From: Gemmatimonadota bacterium
GTDB taxonomy: Bacteria; Gemmatimonadota; Gemmatimonadetes; Longimicrobiales; Gaopeijiaceae
Assembly: GCA_039589315.1 (NCBI GenBank)
Contig: JBDHHQ010000005.1
Location: forward strand, 32,001 to 96,000
Reading direction: 5' to 3'
Length of the DNA: 64,000 nt
The notes below the pieces were generated by a model. It saw only the letters and a list, made by a program, of their open reading frames with translations. It ran no database searches and had not been told where the DNA came from. This document shows, in pieces, positions 48,074 to 58,335 of this stretch; the first letter of the stretch is position 1; each line of letters starts with the position of its first letter. The position numbers were made by a program, and so were the translations under genes.

Positions 48074-49320
48074 CGAGTCCGGTGATCTCGGTGATCCGCC
48101 GCGAGTACCTGCAAAGGGTGAGGAGCCGATGGTTCCTCTTCACGACCCTGGGCCTTCCGGTGTTGATGTTGGCCCTGGTGCTGGTGCCCGTCCTCATGGG
48201 CGAGCGAGATGCGCGGCGGGAGCGCCATCTGGCCATCGTCGACGAGACGGGCCAGCTCTTCGACATCGTGGCGCCGCGCCTGGCCTCCGCCGGCTACACG
48301 CTGGACACGCTGACACACGGCGCGGCCCCTCGCGACCTGAACGTGCGCGTGGTGGAGGGTGACCTCGGCGGCTATCTGTGGCTGGACCGGGAGACCCTGG
48401 CGAGCGGGCGGGCCCGCTTCGTGGTCAACGAGAGCCCTTCGGCGATTCGCCGCTTCGCGGTGGGCCAGATCGTGGCGCGCTCGGCGCTGGACGCCCGGCT
48501 GAACGGTACCGATGTGGCTGCCGACCTCGCCGTGCTGCTGGAGGAGTCCGAGCTGGACGTGCAGACGCTGGGTGGCGACGGGATCGACGACGACATGCCC
48601 GCATTCCTGCGCGCGTTCACGGGCACCTTCTTTCTCTACTTCGTCATCTTCTTCTATGGGATCGCCGTGCTCCGGTCCGTCCTCGAGGAGAAGACAGGCC
48701 GCATCGTGGAAGTCATCGTGTCCTCCATGAAGCCGTGGCAGCTGATGTTGGGGAAGATACTGGGTGTGGGCGCCGTGGGGCTCACTCAGCTGGGCGTGTG
48801 GCTCGGCTCGGCGGTGGTGATGATGCTCCTGGCGGCGCCCAGCGCCGTCGCCTTCCTGCCCGAGGGCGCCACGCTGACCGACTTGAAGGAGCTCCTCCCC
48901 GACGCACGCCTGCTGGCGGTGTTCGCCTCGCTATTCCTCGCGGGCTACTTCCTGTACGCCGGCCTGTTCGCCGCCGTGGGCGCCATGTGCTCGACTGAAG
49001 AGGAGGCGCAACAGGCCCAGTTCCCTGTCATGATGCTGTTGGTGGTGCCCTTCGTGATGGTGACCGCTGCGATCCAGAGTCCCCATGCACCCCTGTGGGT
49101 GGGCCTCTCCCTGGTGCCGTTCTTCAGCCCGATCCTGATGTATGCCCGGGCAGCGGCCGGGGCGGCCGCGACGTGGGAGATCGTGCTGAGCCTGGTGCTC
49201 ATGGGACTTACGACCCTGGCGGTCGCGTGGGTGGCCGGCAGGATCTACAAGGTGGGGATCCTGATGCAGGGCAAGCGTCCGACCCTGCCCGAGCTCGTGC
49301 GCTGGGTGCGGGAGGCCTGA
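48070..49320 (+). CDS. ABC-2 type permease (NatB/YhaP-like)
   Basis: IRREYLQRV, EEKTGRIVEVIVSS, GKILG, PFFSPILM; GTGA overlap. Confidence 0.9.
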   Translation: MTSPVISVIRREYLQRVRSRWFLFTTLGLPVLMLALVLVPVLMGERDARRERHLAIVDETGQLFDIVAPRLASAGYTLDTLTHGAAPRDLNVRVVEGDLGGYLWLDRETLASGRARFVVNESPSAIRRFAVGQIVARSALDARLNGTDVAADLAVLLEESELDVQTLGGDGIDDDMPAFLRAFTGTFFLYFVIFFYGIAVLRSVLEEKTGRIVEVIVSSMKPWQLMLGKILGVGAVGLTQLGVWLGSAVVMMLLAAPSAVAFLPEGATLTDLKELLPDARLLAVFASLFLAGYFLYAGLFAAVGAMCSTEEEAQQAQFPVMMLLVVPFVMVTAAIQSPHAPLWVGLSLVPFFSPILMYARAAAGAAATWEIVLSLVLMGLTTLAVAWVAGRIYKVGILMQGKRPTLPELVRWVREA

Positions 49321-49363
49321 GCGGGAGACGTCCGAGCGCCTCCGCCGGGGCCCGAGCCAACGA

Positions 49364-51583
49364 TCAGGGCTCGATGGCGATCCGGCGGACGATCTCCTGC
49401 TCGTCGCCGCTGCCTTCGTCCGTGACCTTGACGTGAATCAGATAGTCGCCTGGCTCAACGTCCGTCAGCAGTAGGCTGAGGTACTCGGGCACAATGCCCT
49501 CGCGCGGTTCGCCGACGCGATCGAACCGGAGGCGGGTGTCCGCATCGTCCCCCAGTCCCACGAGGTTGCCGAGACTGCGTACCACGGACGAGACCAGCCC
49601 CTCGGCCGTCACGTCCTCCACGGTGATCTCCAGCTCGTACCGGGCCTCTCCGTTCCCGTTCGTGGCGAGCCCATATAGCTCGAAGTAGAGATGGATCTCC
49701 TCGAGGGCCCGGAACGAGAGGTCCCTGCTCGCTCCGATCGAGAAGTCGGTCCAGCGGATGGGCTCGGCGACCCGGGGGGTCACGCCATCGGCTACCACCA
49801 GGTCCGAGAGAGACAGGCCGTCCGAACGGAAGCCGGGGACGGGGAGCAGACCGCGCTCGGTCCCGGCGACCTTGGACTGCCGGGCGAAGGCCTCGATCGA
49901 GTAGTCGTAGTCTGCCGGGTAGAGCTCGGTGGCGAACGCGAGATTCCCACTCGCGTCGGCGGGGATCGAGCTTCGCAGCTCGGCCGTGTCCCGATGCTGA
50001 GGCGTGAAGAGGAAGAGCGCGGTCGTGACCGAGTCGCCCTCGAACAGCAGGAACCGGGAAGGTTCCGCTTCCACATACGCAACGACCTGAGTCAGGTCCG
50101 ATTCACTCCCCCGGAGCCGGGCGATCTGGTGCGGAACCTCGACCCACGTCGTGACGGCGCGCGATCTGAAGACCGTGGCCGACTCGGTCTCGGCGAGCTC
50201 GCTGGCGTACGCCTGTGTGTTGGCGGCCTGATCGAACCGGACGCTGCGGTAGCCGGCCTGGCTGTAGAAGATGAAGCTCGGCGCGTCCACCCTGTAATTC
50301 CAGAGGATCCACCGGTCCGCGGTCCCGGAGGCCAGTCGCGTCGAGGTGTTGATGGCCCAGATCCTCCGGGGCGGACCGTAACGGACGTAGACCAAGCCCC
50401 GGTCGCTTTCCCACCCCCTCATGCCGAGCTCAGGGGCACCGAAGTTGAGCTCGGCAAAGGCCACCCGGGCCACGTGCTCCATCCATCGTTCGTTGCCGGG
50501 GACCAGGTAGAGCGGGTCCGACTTGGCCCAGAGCACGTCGGCGTATTGGCGCTTGCCGACGTCGCCCAGGCCGGCATAAGCGGTCCGCTGGCTCCGCTGC
50601 AGCAGGGCCGAGACGTCCTCGAAGGCGATCCGCTCGCTGGGAGGCATGAGGGCCAACCCACGCTCGAAGGACCGGTGGGCGTCCTCCCACTGCGCGCTTT
50701 CGTACAGCGCCAGGCCCTCGAAGACCCAGGGGTACGGTCGGCCCGGATAGAGGTCCACGAGCTCCGCTGCGACTTCACGGAACTCCTCGGTTCTGCCGAG
50801 ACGCAGGTAGAGCGCCATCAGACCGCGGGCGGCGGGCTCGAAGCCGGGATCGTAGGCGAGAGCCGTTCGGTATTGCTCCTCGATGCGGGGTGGATGGGTT
50901 TCGGCTCGATCGCTAGCCGGGTTCGCCACCTCCTCGAAAAGGAGATTGAAGTCCCGGGCCCGCGTGTAGTTGTAGCAAAAGAACGCCACGCCGGCGGGAC
51001 AGAATGCCCCGGAGCTCGTGCCGCCCAGGGGGTCGGCCGAAGCCTCGCCGAACTCCCGACGGCTCGGTGGCAGGAAGACGAGATGCTCGTAATCCGCCAA
51101 CTCCTCCTCGAGGATGCGCCCCAACTCGTAATGGGCGTGCGCGGCGGCTCCGGGATCGAGGGCATCCGCGCGGTCCGGGTCCAGCGCCTGCTCCAGGAGC
51201 CTACGGGCGTCCACCCGGATGTTCTGCTTTCGCTTGAGGAGGCCCATCTCCAACAACACCGCCCGATCGCCGTCCCGCAGGTCGAAGGCTCGCTCCAGGA
51301 GTGCCTCCGCCTCCCTCCGTTGAGCGAACTCCGTCTCGTTGGAGCCGGCGGTGCGGGTCAGCAGTGTCCCCAGAGCGAACACGGCGTCCTCGTGGTCGTG
51401 ATCCCGCTCGAGGGCCCGCCGCAGTAGCACGATGGCCGTGGCGGTATCGCCACCCTCGGCCATGCGAACCGCGTCCTCGTAGAGCTCATCGGCGGTGAGC
51501 TGACGCCCCTGGGCACTCCCGTGGGCTGCCGGGGCGGCGTGGAGCACGAGAGCGAAAAGGACAAGGCTGGTTGTCCGACCCAT
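49364..51583 (-). CDS. Secreted TPR plus GWxTD domain protein
   Basis: Signal peptide, TPR helices, DPLYL..N..EH..RV..GWESDRGLVYVRYGPP, Ig-like C-terminus (LYFELYGL, PGDYLIHVKVTD). Confidence 0.82.
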   Translation of the reverse strand: MGRTTSLVLFALVLHAAPAAHGSAQGRQLTADELYEDAVRMAEGGDTATAIVLLRRALERDHDHEDAVFALGTLLTRTAGSNETEFAQRREAEALLERAFDLRDGDRAVLLEMGLLKRKQNIRVDARRLLEQALDPDRADALDPGAAAHAHYELGRILEEELADYEHLVFLPPSRREFGEASADPLGGTSSGAFCPAGVAFFCYNYTRARDFNLLFEEVANPASDRAETHPPRIEEQYRTALAYDPGFEPAARGLMALYLRLGRTEEFREVAAELVDLYPGRPYPWVFEGLALYESAQWEDAHRSFERGLALMPPSERIAFEDVSALLQRSQRTAYAGLGDVGKRQYADVLWAKSDPLYLVPGNERWMEHVARVAFAELNFGAPELGMRGWESDRGLVYVRYGPPRRIWAINTSTRLASGTADRWILWNYRVDAPSFIFYSQAGYRSVRFDQAANTQAYASELAETESATVFRSRAVTTWVEVPHQIARLRGSESDLTQVVAYVEAEPSRFLLFEGDSVTTALFLFTPQHRDTAELRSSIPADASGNLAFATELYPADYDYSIEAFARQSKVAGTERGLLPVPGFRSDGLSLSDLVVADGVTPRVAEPIRWTDFSIGASRDLSFRALEEIHLYFELYGLATNGNGEARYELEITVEDVTAEGLVSSVVRSLGNLVGLGDDADTRLRFDRVGEPREGIVPEYLSLLLTDVEPGDYLIHVKVTDEGSGDEQEIVRRIAIEP

Positions 51584-51666
51584 AGCGCGGAGGACTCCGA
51601 CGGAGGTGTCTTCGCGATCGTCCTACACGAGCCCCGAGTCGAGAGGTCCGGGGCGGGAGCGGCGGA

Positions 51667-51972
51667 TCAGTCCGGGTCGGGCAGGGCCGACCGCAGGAGG
51701 GCAACCAGCTGGTGGTCCGTGAAGCTCCGCGCCCGTCTCATGGCCTCCTCGTAGGTCGGCTCGATGACGATGGTGGCCGTGTGAACGGGCGCCTCGCCCT
51801 CGTTGGCGTCGGCCGCTTCGAAGCGGAGCCGGGCCCGGCTCGCGCCCCCCCAGGACGGGTCCTCCTCGAATTCCATGTGAACCTCCCAGAACCGGCCCTC
51901 GTGGCTGACGGTGGCCAGGTGCTGGACTCGGGGCGAGCCGGAATCCGGAATCTCTGGAGGTTGGCCTTCCAT
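51667..51972 (-). CDS. Hypothetical protein
   Basis: GGAGG upstream of the ATG; protein-like composition; divergent from the act operon. The start is uncertain. Confidence 0.55.
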   Translation of the reverse strand: MEGQPPEIPDSGSPRVQHLATVSHEGRFWEVHMEFEEDPSWGGASRARLRFEAADANEGEAPVHTATIVIEPTYEEAMRRARSFTDHQLVALLRSALPDPD

Positions 51973-52056
51973 GGGCAACAAGTAACCTCCCGGACCATCC
52001 TGCGAAAGCATGTGATCGGCACGATCCGGGGGCCGCTCGGGAGGCCCCGACCGACG

Positions 52057-52086
52057 TTGACAGCCCCATGGGACCCTCTCTAACTT
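52057..52086 (+). promoter_or_regulatory. Putative sigma70 promoter of the act operon
   Basis: TTGACA (52057-52062), 18-nt spacer, TAACTT (52081-52086), about 70 nt before actA. Confidence 0.5.
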
Positions 52087-52157
52087 CCGGCCCGCCAAAA
52101 CGATGATCTGGCCCGCGCTACGGGCCAAAACCCGATTCTCCCGAGCAACGCCTCGCT

Positions 52158-52715
52158 ATGAAGAAGCCATGGCTGGTCCTGGCGCTGGCCGGAGCCACCC
52201 TGACGGGCACGCTCGCTTTCGTGGGCGCGCAGAACAGCGAAGCAGGCCAGGAACCAGAAACTACATCCGTGGCGGCCTCCTCGTCCGAACAGCCCGTCGC
52301 TTTTCCCCACAACACCCACGCCGGCTCAGGCGAGGGGCAGTTCGGCATCGACTGTCAATACTGCCACTTCTCCGCCGAGCGCTCAGTGGACGCTGGGATC
52401 CCGCCCGTGGCCAGCTGCATGGGTTGTCATAGCATGATCCCCGGGAGGAACAACCCGGAGGAAGTCACCAAGGTACGGGAGTACTTCCAGAACCAGGAGC
52501 CCATTCCCTGGCTCCGGATCTACAAGGTGGCCGACCATGTGCATTACCCCCACATGCGGCACATCGCAGCGGGCCTAGAGTGCCAGCAGTGCCACGGCGA
52601 GGTGCAGGAGATGGGGGTCATTCAAGAGGTGAACCAGACGCTGAGCATGGGATGGTGCATCAGCTGCCACCTGGAGCGAGAGGCGGCGGTGGACTGCACC
52701 GTTTGTCACTACTGA
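52158..52715 (+). CDS. actA: Alternative complex III pentaheme cytochrome c
   Basis: Five CxxCH motifs (CQYCH, CMGCH, CQQCH, CISCH, CTVCH); QPVAFPH, LSMGWC. Confidence 0.9.
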   Translation: MKKPWLVLALAGATLTGTLAFVGAQNSEAGQEPETTSVAASSSEQPVAFPHNTHAGSGEGQFGIDCQYCHFSAERSVDAGIPPVASCMGCHSMIPGRNNPEEVTKVREYFQNQEPIPWLRIYKVADHVHYPHMRHIAAGLECQQCHGEVQEMGVIQEVNQTLSMGWCISCHLEREAAVDCTVCHY

Positions 52716-52755
52716 TCCCGGCCAGATCCGGTTACCCGACCAGGAAAGAACCCGG

Positions 52756-55700
52756 ATGCGTGACGGCATAAAGAGACGAGACTTCCTCAAGGTCCTGGGC
52801 GCCAGCGGCGCAGGGGCGGGCCTCGTCGGCTGTAGCACCGAGGACGTCGAGCGGCTGCTCCCCTACGTCGTGCCGCCCGAGGAGATCACCCCCGGAGTGG
52901 CGACGTGGTATGCGTCCGTATGCGGTGAGTGCGCGGCCGGTTGCGGAATCTGGGTGCGGACGCGCGAAGGCCGGGCCGTCAAGATCGAAGGCAACCCGGC
53001 GCATCCGGTGGCCCACGGCGGCCTCTGCTCCCGGGGGCACGCGTCGCTCCAAGGGCTCTACAACCCCGACAGGTTCGCCGGCCCGATGGTGCGCGACGGC
53101 GCGAGCCTTCGGCAGATCTCGTGGGAAGAGGCCGAGGGCATGCTCGCCGCTCGGCTCCAGAGCGCCGGCGGGGACGTCCTGCTGCTTCACGGCCGCGCGG
53201 GGCCGACGCTCCGTGACGTGATGGACAGCTTCGTGACGGCTGCCGGGGGAACCCGCGTGGAGTTCGACGGGCTCGCGGACGAGCCCCTGCGCGAGGCGGC
53301 CCGCATCGCCCTGGGCCGAGACGTCATCCCGGTCTTCGATTTCGAGTCTGCCCGCTTCGTGGTCTCATTCGGAGCCGACTTCCTCGATACCTGGCTTTCG
53401 CCGGCCGGGAACGGACGGGGGTTCGCGCGCATGAGCGGCGTGGATGACCACGGCTCGAAGGGTGAGTTCGTGTTCGTGGGCCCGCGCCTCTCCTTGACCG
53501 GGCTCAATGCGGACGAATGGGTGCCCATCAACCCGGGATCCGAGGGTCTGGTGGCGTTGGCCATGGCCAATGTGATCGCTGCGGACGGCGCCGGCGCCGG
53601 CCCCTACGCCGACGTCCTGAGCGCCCACGATCCCTCGACGGTCGCGGGCGCCACGGGCATCTCGGCCGAGACGATCGAGGACTTGGCCAACCGGTTCGTC
53701 GCCAACGCTCCCAGTCTGGCCGTAGGACCGGGCGTGGCCGGTCAGCACCGCGGCGCCACCGCCGCCAACCTGGCGGTGCTGGTGCTGAACGCCGTGGCCG
53801 GGAACGTGGGGCGGACCCTGCACGTGCAGGGCGGCGGCCAGTCCTCGCCGTCCGGATCCTACGCCCGTGTGGAGGCCGCTATCGCCGCGATGTCGTCCGG
53901 CTCCGTGGGCGTGGCCATGGTCCACGGCGTCAATCCGGCGTATTCGCTCCCGACCGCGTCCGGCTTCGCCGGGGCGTTCGGAGGCGTGGGCTTCAAGGTG
54001 TCCTTCGCCTCGGCCATGGACGAGACGGCGGCCCTCGCGGACCTGATCCTGCCGGACGCCCACACGCTCGAAGCCTGGGGTGACTCCAACCCCCGCCCGG
54101 GCGTGTTCGCGATCCAGCAGCCGGTCATGCAGCCGGTTCCGCACTTCGATTCGAAGGCCACGGGCGACGTGCTCCTCTCCGCTTCTGCGGCTGCGGGGCG
54201 GGACCTGGGCGCGGCGAACATGCAGGATCACGTCCGGGCACGCTGGGGACAGCTCCATGAGGCCTCCGGCGCGGCCCAACCGTTCGACGACTGGTGGCGG
54301 GCGTCCCTGAAGGCAGGCGTGGTGGAGGTTCCCCTCGCCACGACTGCGGAGGCGGTGACCCTGCGCTCGCCCGACGCGGCCCTGACCTTCGACGCGCCCG
54401 CGCTGGACGGCGACGGGGAGTTCACCCTGCTGGTTTACCCCTCGCCCCGCTTCGGCGACGGCGAGCACTCGAACCGGCCGTGGCTGCTCGAGCTCCCTGA
54501 CCCCGTCAGCAAGATAACCTGGCACTCGTGGCTGGAGATACATCCGGACGCGGCCGCCGGGCTCGGCTTGCGGAATGGCGACATCGTCACCGTGTCCTCG
54601 CCTCACGGGTCGCTCGAAGTCCCCGTGTGGACCTACCCGGGTGTCCGTGCGGACACGGTGGCGCTGGCCATGGGGGGTGGTCACGACGACTTCGGCCGAT
54701 ATGCCACCGGACACGGCGTCAACGCCATGGCTTTGCTGCCCGCCGAGGCCGAGCAGCTTTCCGGCGGGCTCGTCCGGCTGGGGACGCGGGTCGCCGTGAC
54801 GCCCACCGGCACCCACCGTCGCCTGGCGACCATCGAGGGCTCCGACAGCCAGAGCAACCGCCCCATCGCGCCGGCGGTGGCCCTGGCAGACCTCGGCCAC
54901 GCCGAGGAGGAGGGGGCCGAAGAGGGCGGTCATGGGCAGCACATGGAGATCCAGGAGGGTGGCGGCTTCGTGCCGGTGCCCACCGACGGCCTCCCCCAGG
55001 ACTACCCCCTGGCTGGCCAGGAGTACGGCGGATATGCCGATGACCACCCCCGCTGGGCCATGGCCATCGACCTGGACAAGTGCACGGGGTGCAGCGCGTG
55101 TGTCGTGGCCTGCCAGTCCGAGAACAACGTGCCCTGGGTAGGGGAGGACCAGGTCCTCATGGGCCGCGACATGGGCTGGATGCGGATCGAGCGATACTAC
55201 GACCACGTGGACGCGACGCACGCCGGCCACTTGGACGTCCGCTTCCTGCCCATGCTGTGCCAGCACTGCAACAACGCCCCCTGCGAGCCGGTCTGCCCGG
55301 TCTTCGCAGCGTACCACACGCCCGACGGCCTGAACGGTCAGGTCTACAACCGCTGCGTGGGAACGCGGTATTGCGCCAACAACTGCCCCTACAAGGTCCG
55401 GGTCTTCAACTGGTACCGGTACACGGACCAGATCCCGGAGCCCATGAACTGGCAGTTCAATCCGGATGTCACGGTTCGGGACAACGGTGTCATGGAGAAG
55501 TGCTCGTTCTGCGTGCAGCGCATCCGCGAGTCCCAGAACCGAGCCGTGCTCGAGGGCCGTGAGGTTCACGACGGTGAGGTCGTCCCCGCCTGCCAGCAGA
55601 GCTGCCCAGCCGAGGCGATCGTGTTCGGCAACATCAAGGACTCGAGCTCCCGCGTGGCGCGCGTGTCCGAAAACGAGCGGACCTATCGGGTCTTCGACGC

Positions 55701-55779
55701 ATTCATCAACACGCAGCCCGCGGTGACTTATCTCAAGAAGGTGACCTTCCACGAGGTCTCCGACGGAGGGCACGGCTGA
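52756..55779 (+). CDS. actB: Alternative complex III molybdopterin-oxidoreductase-like/Fe-S fusion subunit
   Basis: Tat motif KRRDFLK plus LVG-C lipobox; KIEGNPAHP; CTGCSACVVAC, CQHCNNAPCEPVCP, CVGTRYCANNCPY, MEKCSFC. Confidence 0.92.
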   Translation: MRDGIKRRDFLKVLGASGAGAGLVGCSTEDVERLLPYVVPPEEITPGVATWYASVCGECAAGCGIWVRTREGRAVKIEGNPAHPVAHGGLCSRGHASLQGLYNPDRFAGPMVRDGASLRQISWEEAEGMLAARLQSAGGDVLLLHGRAGPTLRDVMDSFVTAAGGTRVEFDGLADEPLREAARIALGRDVIPVFDFESARFVVSFGADFLDTWLSPAGNGRGFARMSGVDDHGSKGEFVFVGPRLSLTGLNADEWVPINPGSEGLVALAMANVIAADGAGAGPYADVLSAHDPSTVAGATGISAETIEDLANRFVANAPSLAVGPGVAGQHRGATAANLAVLVLNAVAGNVGRTLHVQGGGQSSPSGSYARVEAAIAAMSSGSVGVAMVHGVNPAYSLPTASGFAGAFGGVGFKVSFASAMDETAALADLILPDAHTLEAWGDSNPRPGVFAIQQPVMQPVPHFDSKATGDVLLSASAAAGRDLGAANMQDHVRARWGQLHEASGAAQPFDDWWRASLKAGVVEVPLATTAEAVTLRSPDAALTFDAPALDGDGEFTLLVYPSPRFGDGEHSNRPWLLELPDPVSKITWHSWLEIHPDAAAGLGLRNGDIVTVSSPHGSLEVPVWTYPGVRADTVALAMGGGHDDFGRYATGHGVNAMALLPAEAEQLSGGLVRLGTRVAVTPTGTHRRLATIEGSDSQSNRPIAPAVALADLGHAEEEGAEEGGHGQHMEIQEGGGFVPVPTDGLPQDYPLAGQEYGGYADDHPRWAMAIDLDKCTGCSACVVACQSENNVPWVGEDQVLMGRDMGWMRIERYYDHVDATHAGHLDVRFLPMLCQHCNNAPCEPVCPVFAAYHTPDGLNGQVYNRCVGTRYCANNCPYKVRVFNWYRYTDQIPEPMNWQFNPDVTVRDNGVMEKCSFCVQRIRESQNRAVLEGREVHDGEVVPACQQSCPAEAIVFGNIKDSSSRVARVSENERTYRVFDAFINTQPAVTYLKKVTFHEVSDGGHG

Positions 55780-57155
55780 TGGCCCTCGCGACGGAGCAAC
55801 CCCGGGGCGCCCTCTCCCATCCCGACGTCCAATCCTACGCTGAGGTCAACCGCGACATCCTCGCGATCCTGGGCCGGCCCGGGCTCGGATGGTGGGCGCT
55901 CTTCTCCGTGGCCGCCGCTGGCGTGCTGCTCTTCTTCGGAAGCTGGGGCTGGCAGATCTACGCCGGGATCGGCGTGTCGGGCCTCAACAGCCCCATCGGA
56001 TGGGGCGTCTACATCACCTGCTTCGTCTTCTGGGTCGGCATCGCCCACTCCGGGACGCTGATCTCCGCCATCCTCTTCCTGTTCCGGGCGCCGTTCCGCC
56101 AGTCCATCTACCGAGCCGCGGAGGCGATGACGGTGTTCGCGGTGATGACGGCGGGGCTCTTCCCGTTGGTCCACCTGGGACGGGTCTGGCACGCATACTG
56201 GCTGATTCCGTACCCGAACTCCCGGTTCCTCTGGCCGAACTTCCGTTCGCCTCTGGTCTGGGACGTCTTCGCGGTCACGACCTATTTCACGGTCTCGGCG
56301 GTCTTCTTCTACCTGGGCACGATCCCCGACCTGGCCGCTGCCCGTGACGCGGCCACCGGCCTGAGAAAGAAGCTGTACCAGGTCACGGCGCTGGGTTGGC
56401 GGGGAACGGACCGGGAATGGCACCACTTCGGCAAGGCGTACATCTTCCTGGCGGCTCTGGCGACGCCGCTGGTGCTCTCGGTGCATTCGGTGGTGTCCTG
56501 GGACTTCGCCATGTCCATCGTGCCCGGCTGGCACGCCACGATCTTCGCACCGTACTTCGTGGCGGGTGCCATCTTCTCGGGTGTGGGCATGGTCATCACG
56601 CTCGTCGTGCCGCTCAGGAGGGTGTTCCATCTGGAGCACTACCTGACGGTCAAGCACTTCGACGCGATGGCCAAGCTGTGCCTGCTCACCTCGATGATCG
56701 TGTTCTACGCCTACGTGACCGAATACTTCATGGCGTGGTACAGCGGCGAGGAGGTCGAGAGAGCTGCCTTCTGGCACCGGGCCTTCGGCCACTACTGGTG
56801 GGCCAACTGGATCATGCTGATCTGTAACGGCATGGTGCCGCAGATGTTGTGGTTCAAACGGGTGCGGCACTCGATTCCGGCTCTGTTCGTCATCTCCATC
56901 TTCATCAACATCGGGATGTGGTTCGAGCGCTTCGTCATCTTCGTGACGTCGCTGCACCACGAGTACGAGCCTTTCGCCTGGGGCGTGTATCGGCCGTCCC
57001 TGACCGAGATGGGTATCCTGGTTGGGAGCTTCTGTTGGTTCGGCTTCTGGTTCTTGCTCTTCACCCGAATCCTGCCGCCCGTGGCCATCGCCGAGCTGAA
57101 GGAAGTGCTCCCACCGCCCCTACGCGGACGGACGAGGGAAGGAGCGGCGTCATGA
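55779..57155 (+). CDS. actC: Alternative complex III NrfD-family quinol-binding subunit
   Basis: FVFWVGIAHSGTLISA, HLGR, NFRSPLVWD, SVHSVVSWDFA, GMWFERF. Confidence 0.93.
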   Translation: MALATEQPRGALSHPDVQSYAEVNRDILAILGRPGLGWWALFSVAAAGVLLFFGSWGWQIYAGIGVSGLNSPIGWGVYITCFVFWVGIAHSGTLISAILFLFRAPFRQSIYRAAEAMTVFAVMTAGLFPLVHLGRVWHAYWLIPYPNSRFLWPNFRSPLVWDVFAVTTYFTVSAVFFYLGTIPDLAAARDAATGLRKKLYQVTALGWRGTDREWHHFGKAYIFLAALATPLVLSVHSVVSWDFAMSIVPGWHATIFAPYFVAGAIFSGVGMVITLVVPLRRVFHLEHYLTVKHFDAMAKLCLLTSMIVFYAYVTEYFMAWYSGEEVERAAFWHRAFGHYWWANWIMLICNGMVPQMLWFKRVRHSIPALFVISIFINIGMWFERFVIFVTSLHHEYEPFAWGVYRPSLTEMGILVGSFCWFGFWFLLFTRILPPVAIAELKEVLPPPLRGRTREGAAS

Positions 57156-57670
57156 GTGGCGTGCTGGCTTCCTATGACTACCTCGACTCGACGATCGAGG
57201 CCGTCGAGCAGCTCCGCAAAGCGGACTTCAAGGATATCACGGTCTACTCGCCACTGCCGGAGCACGACCTGGAGCAATCCCTGGGCTACGGTCAGAGCCC
57301 GGTGCGCATCTTCACGATGGTGGGAGGACTCACCGGTGCTGCCACCGGCTTCGCGTTCACCACGTGGACCTCCATCGACTGGCCTCTTGTGACAGGCGGC
57401 AAGCCCATCGTGTCCATCCCGGCGTACGTGGTGATCGCCTTCGAGCTGACCGTCCTGTTTGGCGCGCTGGCCACGGTCATCGGCCTCTTCATCAACAGCC
57501 GGCTCCCCAATGCCAAGCCGATGGTCGTGTATGATCCCGAGTTCAGCGCCGGGCGCTTCGGCATCTACGTGCCGGCCGCGGGTGCGAGGCTCGACGAGGC
57601 ACGGAGCATCCTGCGGGCGGCGGAGCCGGCGGAGCTTCGTGAGGACAGGGAGGGGGCGCACCATGGGTAG
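57152..57670 (+). CDS. actD: Alternative complex III subunit, DUF3341
   Basis: YSPLP, DWPLVTGGKP, FELTVLF, YDPEFS; ATGA overlap. Confidence 0.9.
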   Translation: MSGVLASYDYLDSTIEAVEQLRKADFKDITVYSPLPEHDLEQSLGYGQSPVRIFTMVGGLTGAATGFAFTTWTSIDWPLVTGGKPIVSIPAYVVIAFELTVLFGALATVIGLFINSRLPNAKPMVVYDPEFSAGRFGIYVPAAGARLDEARSILRAAEPAELREDREGAHHG

Positions 57671-58319
57671 GGTGAGGCAGCGGCGGAGTGAGAGCTTCGG
57701 CGCCCTGCGCGTCCTGGGAGTGGCACTGCTCGTGCTCGCGACGGGGTGTTCGCCCCTGGACGACGCCCTGGTCGCGATCTTCGGACGCAGCATGCGCAGC
57801 CAGCGGTCTTTCGACCCCTATGAAAACCCCCGGATGCCGGCCGACGGGTCGGTACCCTTCTCGTCCGCCAACTTCCCTGCGGCCCCCTTCGAGTTCAATG
57901 TCGGCCAGCCTGAAGCTCTGGCGCAGGAGCCGCCGCCGTTCACGCAGCTGATGCTCCTCCGACAGAGCCCGACGGTGGTGAACCTACAGAACCCGGTTCC
58001 TCCCACCGACCAATCCCTGGGCCGGGGCGAGGTGCTCTTCAACCGGGTCTGCGCGCCCTGTCACGGCGAGGAGGGCCTGGGGGCCCAGGCGTACATCATC
58101 GAAGTACACCCTCTGTTGGCCGCGTATGACCTGGCCGGCGCCACCGTGGCTGGATACACCGACGGGTACCTCTACGGCATGATCCGGGTCGGCCGGGGGG
58201 TCATGCCCGCGTACGGGCACCAGATCAGCCACTTCGACCGATGGCACATCGTGAACTACGTCCGGCAGCTCCAGGCTCAGAGTGGAGTCGGTGCACCCGC
58301 CGACGCCGCCGGCCAGTAG
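57663..58319 (+). CDS. actE: Alternative complex III monoheme cytochrome c lipoprotein
   Basis: Lipobox ATG-C; NPVP..RGEVLF..CAPCHG; GRGVMPAY; RWHIVNYVRQLQ. Confidence 0.88.
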   Translation: MGRVRQRRSESFGALRVLGVALLVLATGCSPLDDALVAIFGRSMRSQRSFDPYENPRMPADGSVPFSSANFPAAPFEFNVGQPEALAQEPPPFTQLMLLRQSPTVVNLQNPVPPTDQSLGRGEVLFNRVCAPCHGEEGLGAQAYIIEVHPLLAAYDLAGATVAGYTDGYLYGMIRVGRGVMPAYGHQISHFDRWHIVNYVRQLQAQSGVGAPADAAGQ

Positions 58320-58335
58320 CGCCAGAGAAAGCGGA

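Noticed and set aside
53365..55773. Long antisense ORFs (also 1834-3681, 20822-22942, 34789-36861, 49691-51427)
   Set aside because: They mirror well-supported genes on the other strand and lack motifs; such shadows are expected from GC-rich codon bias.
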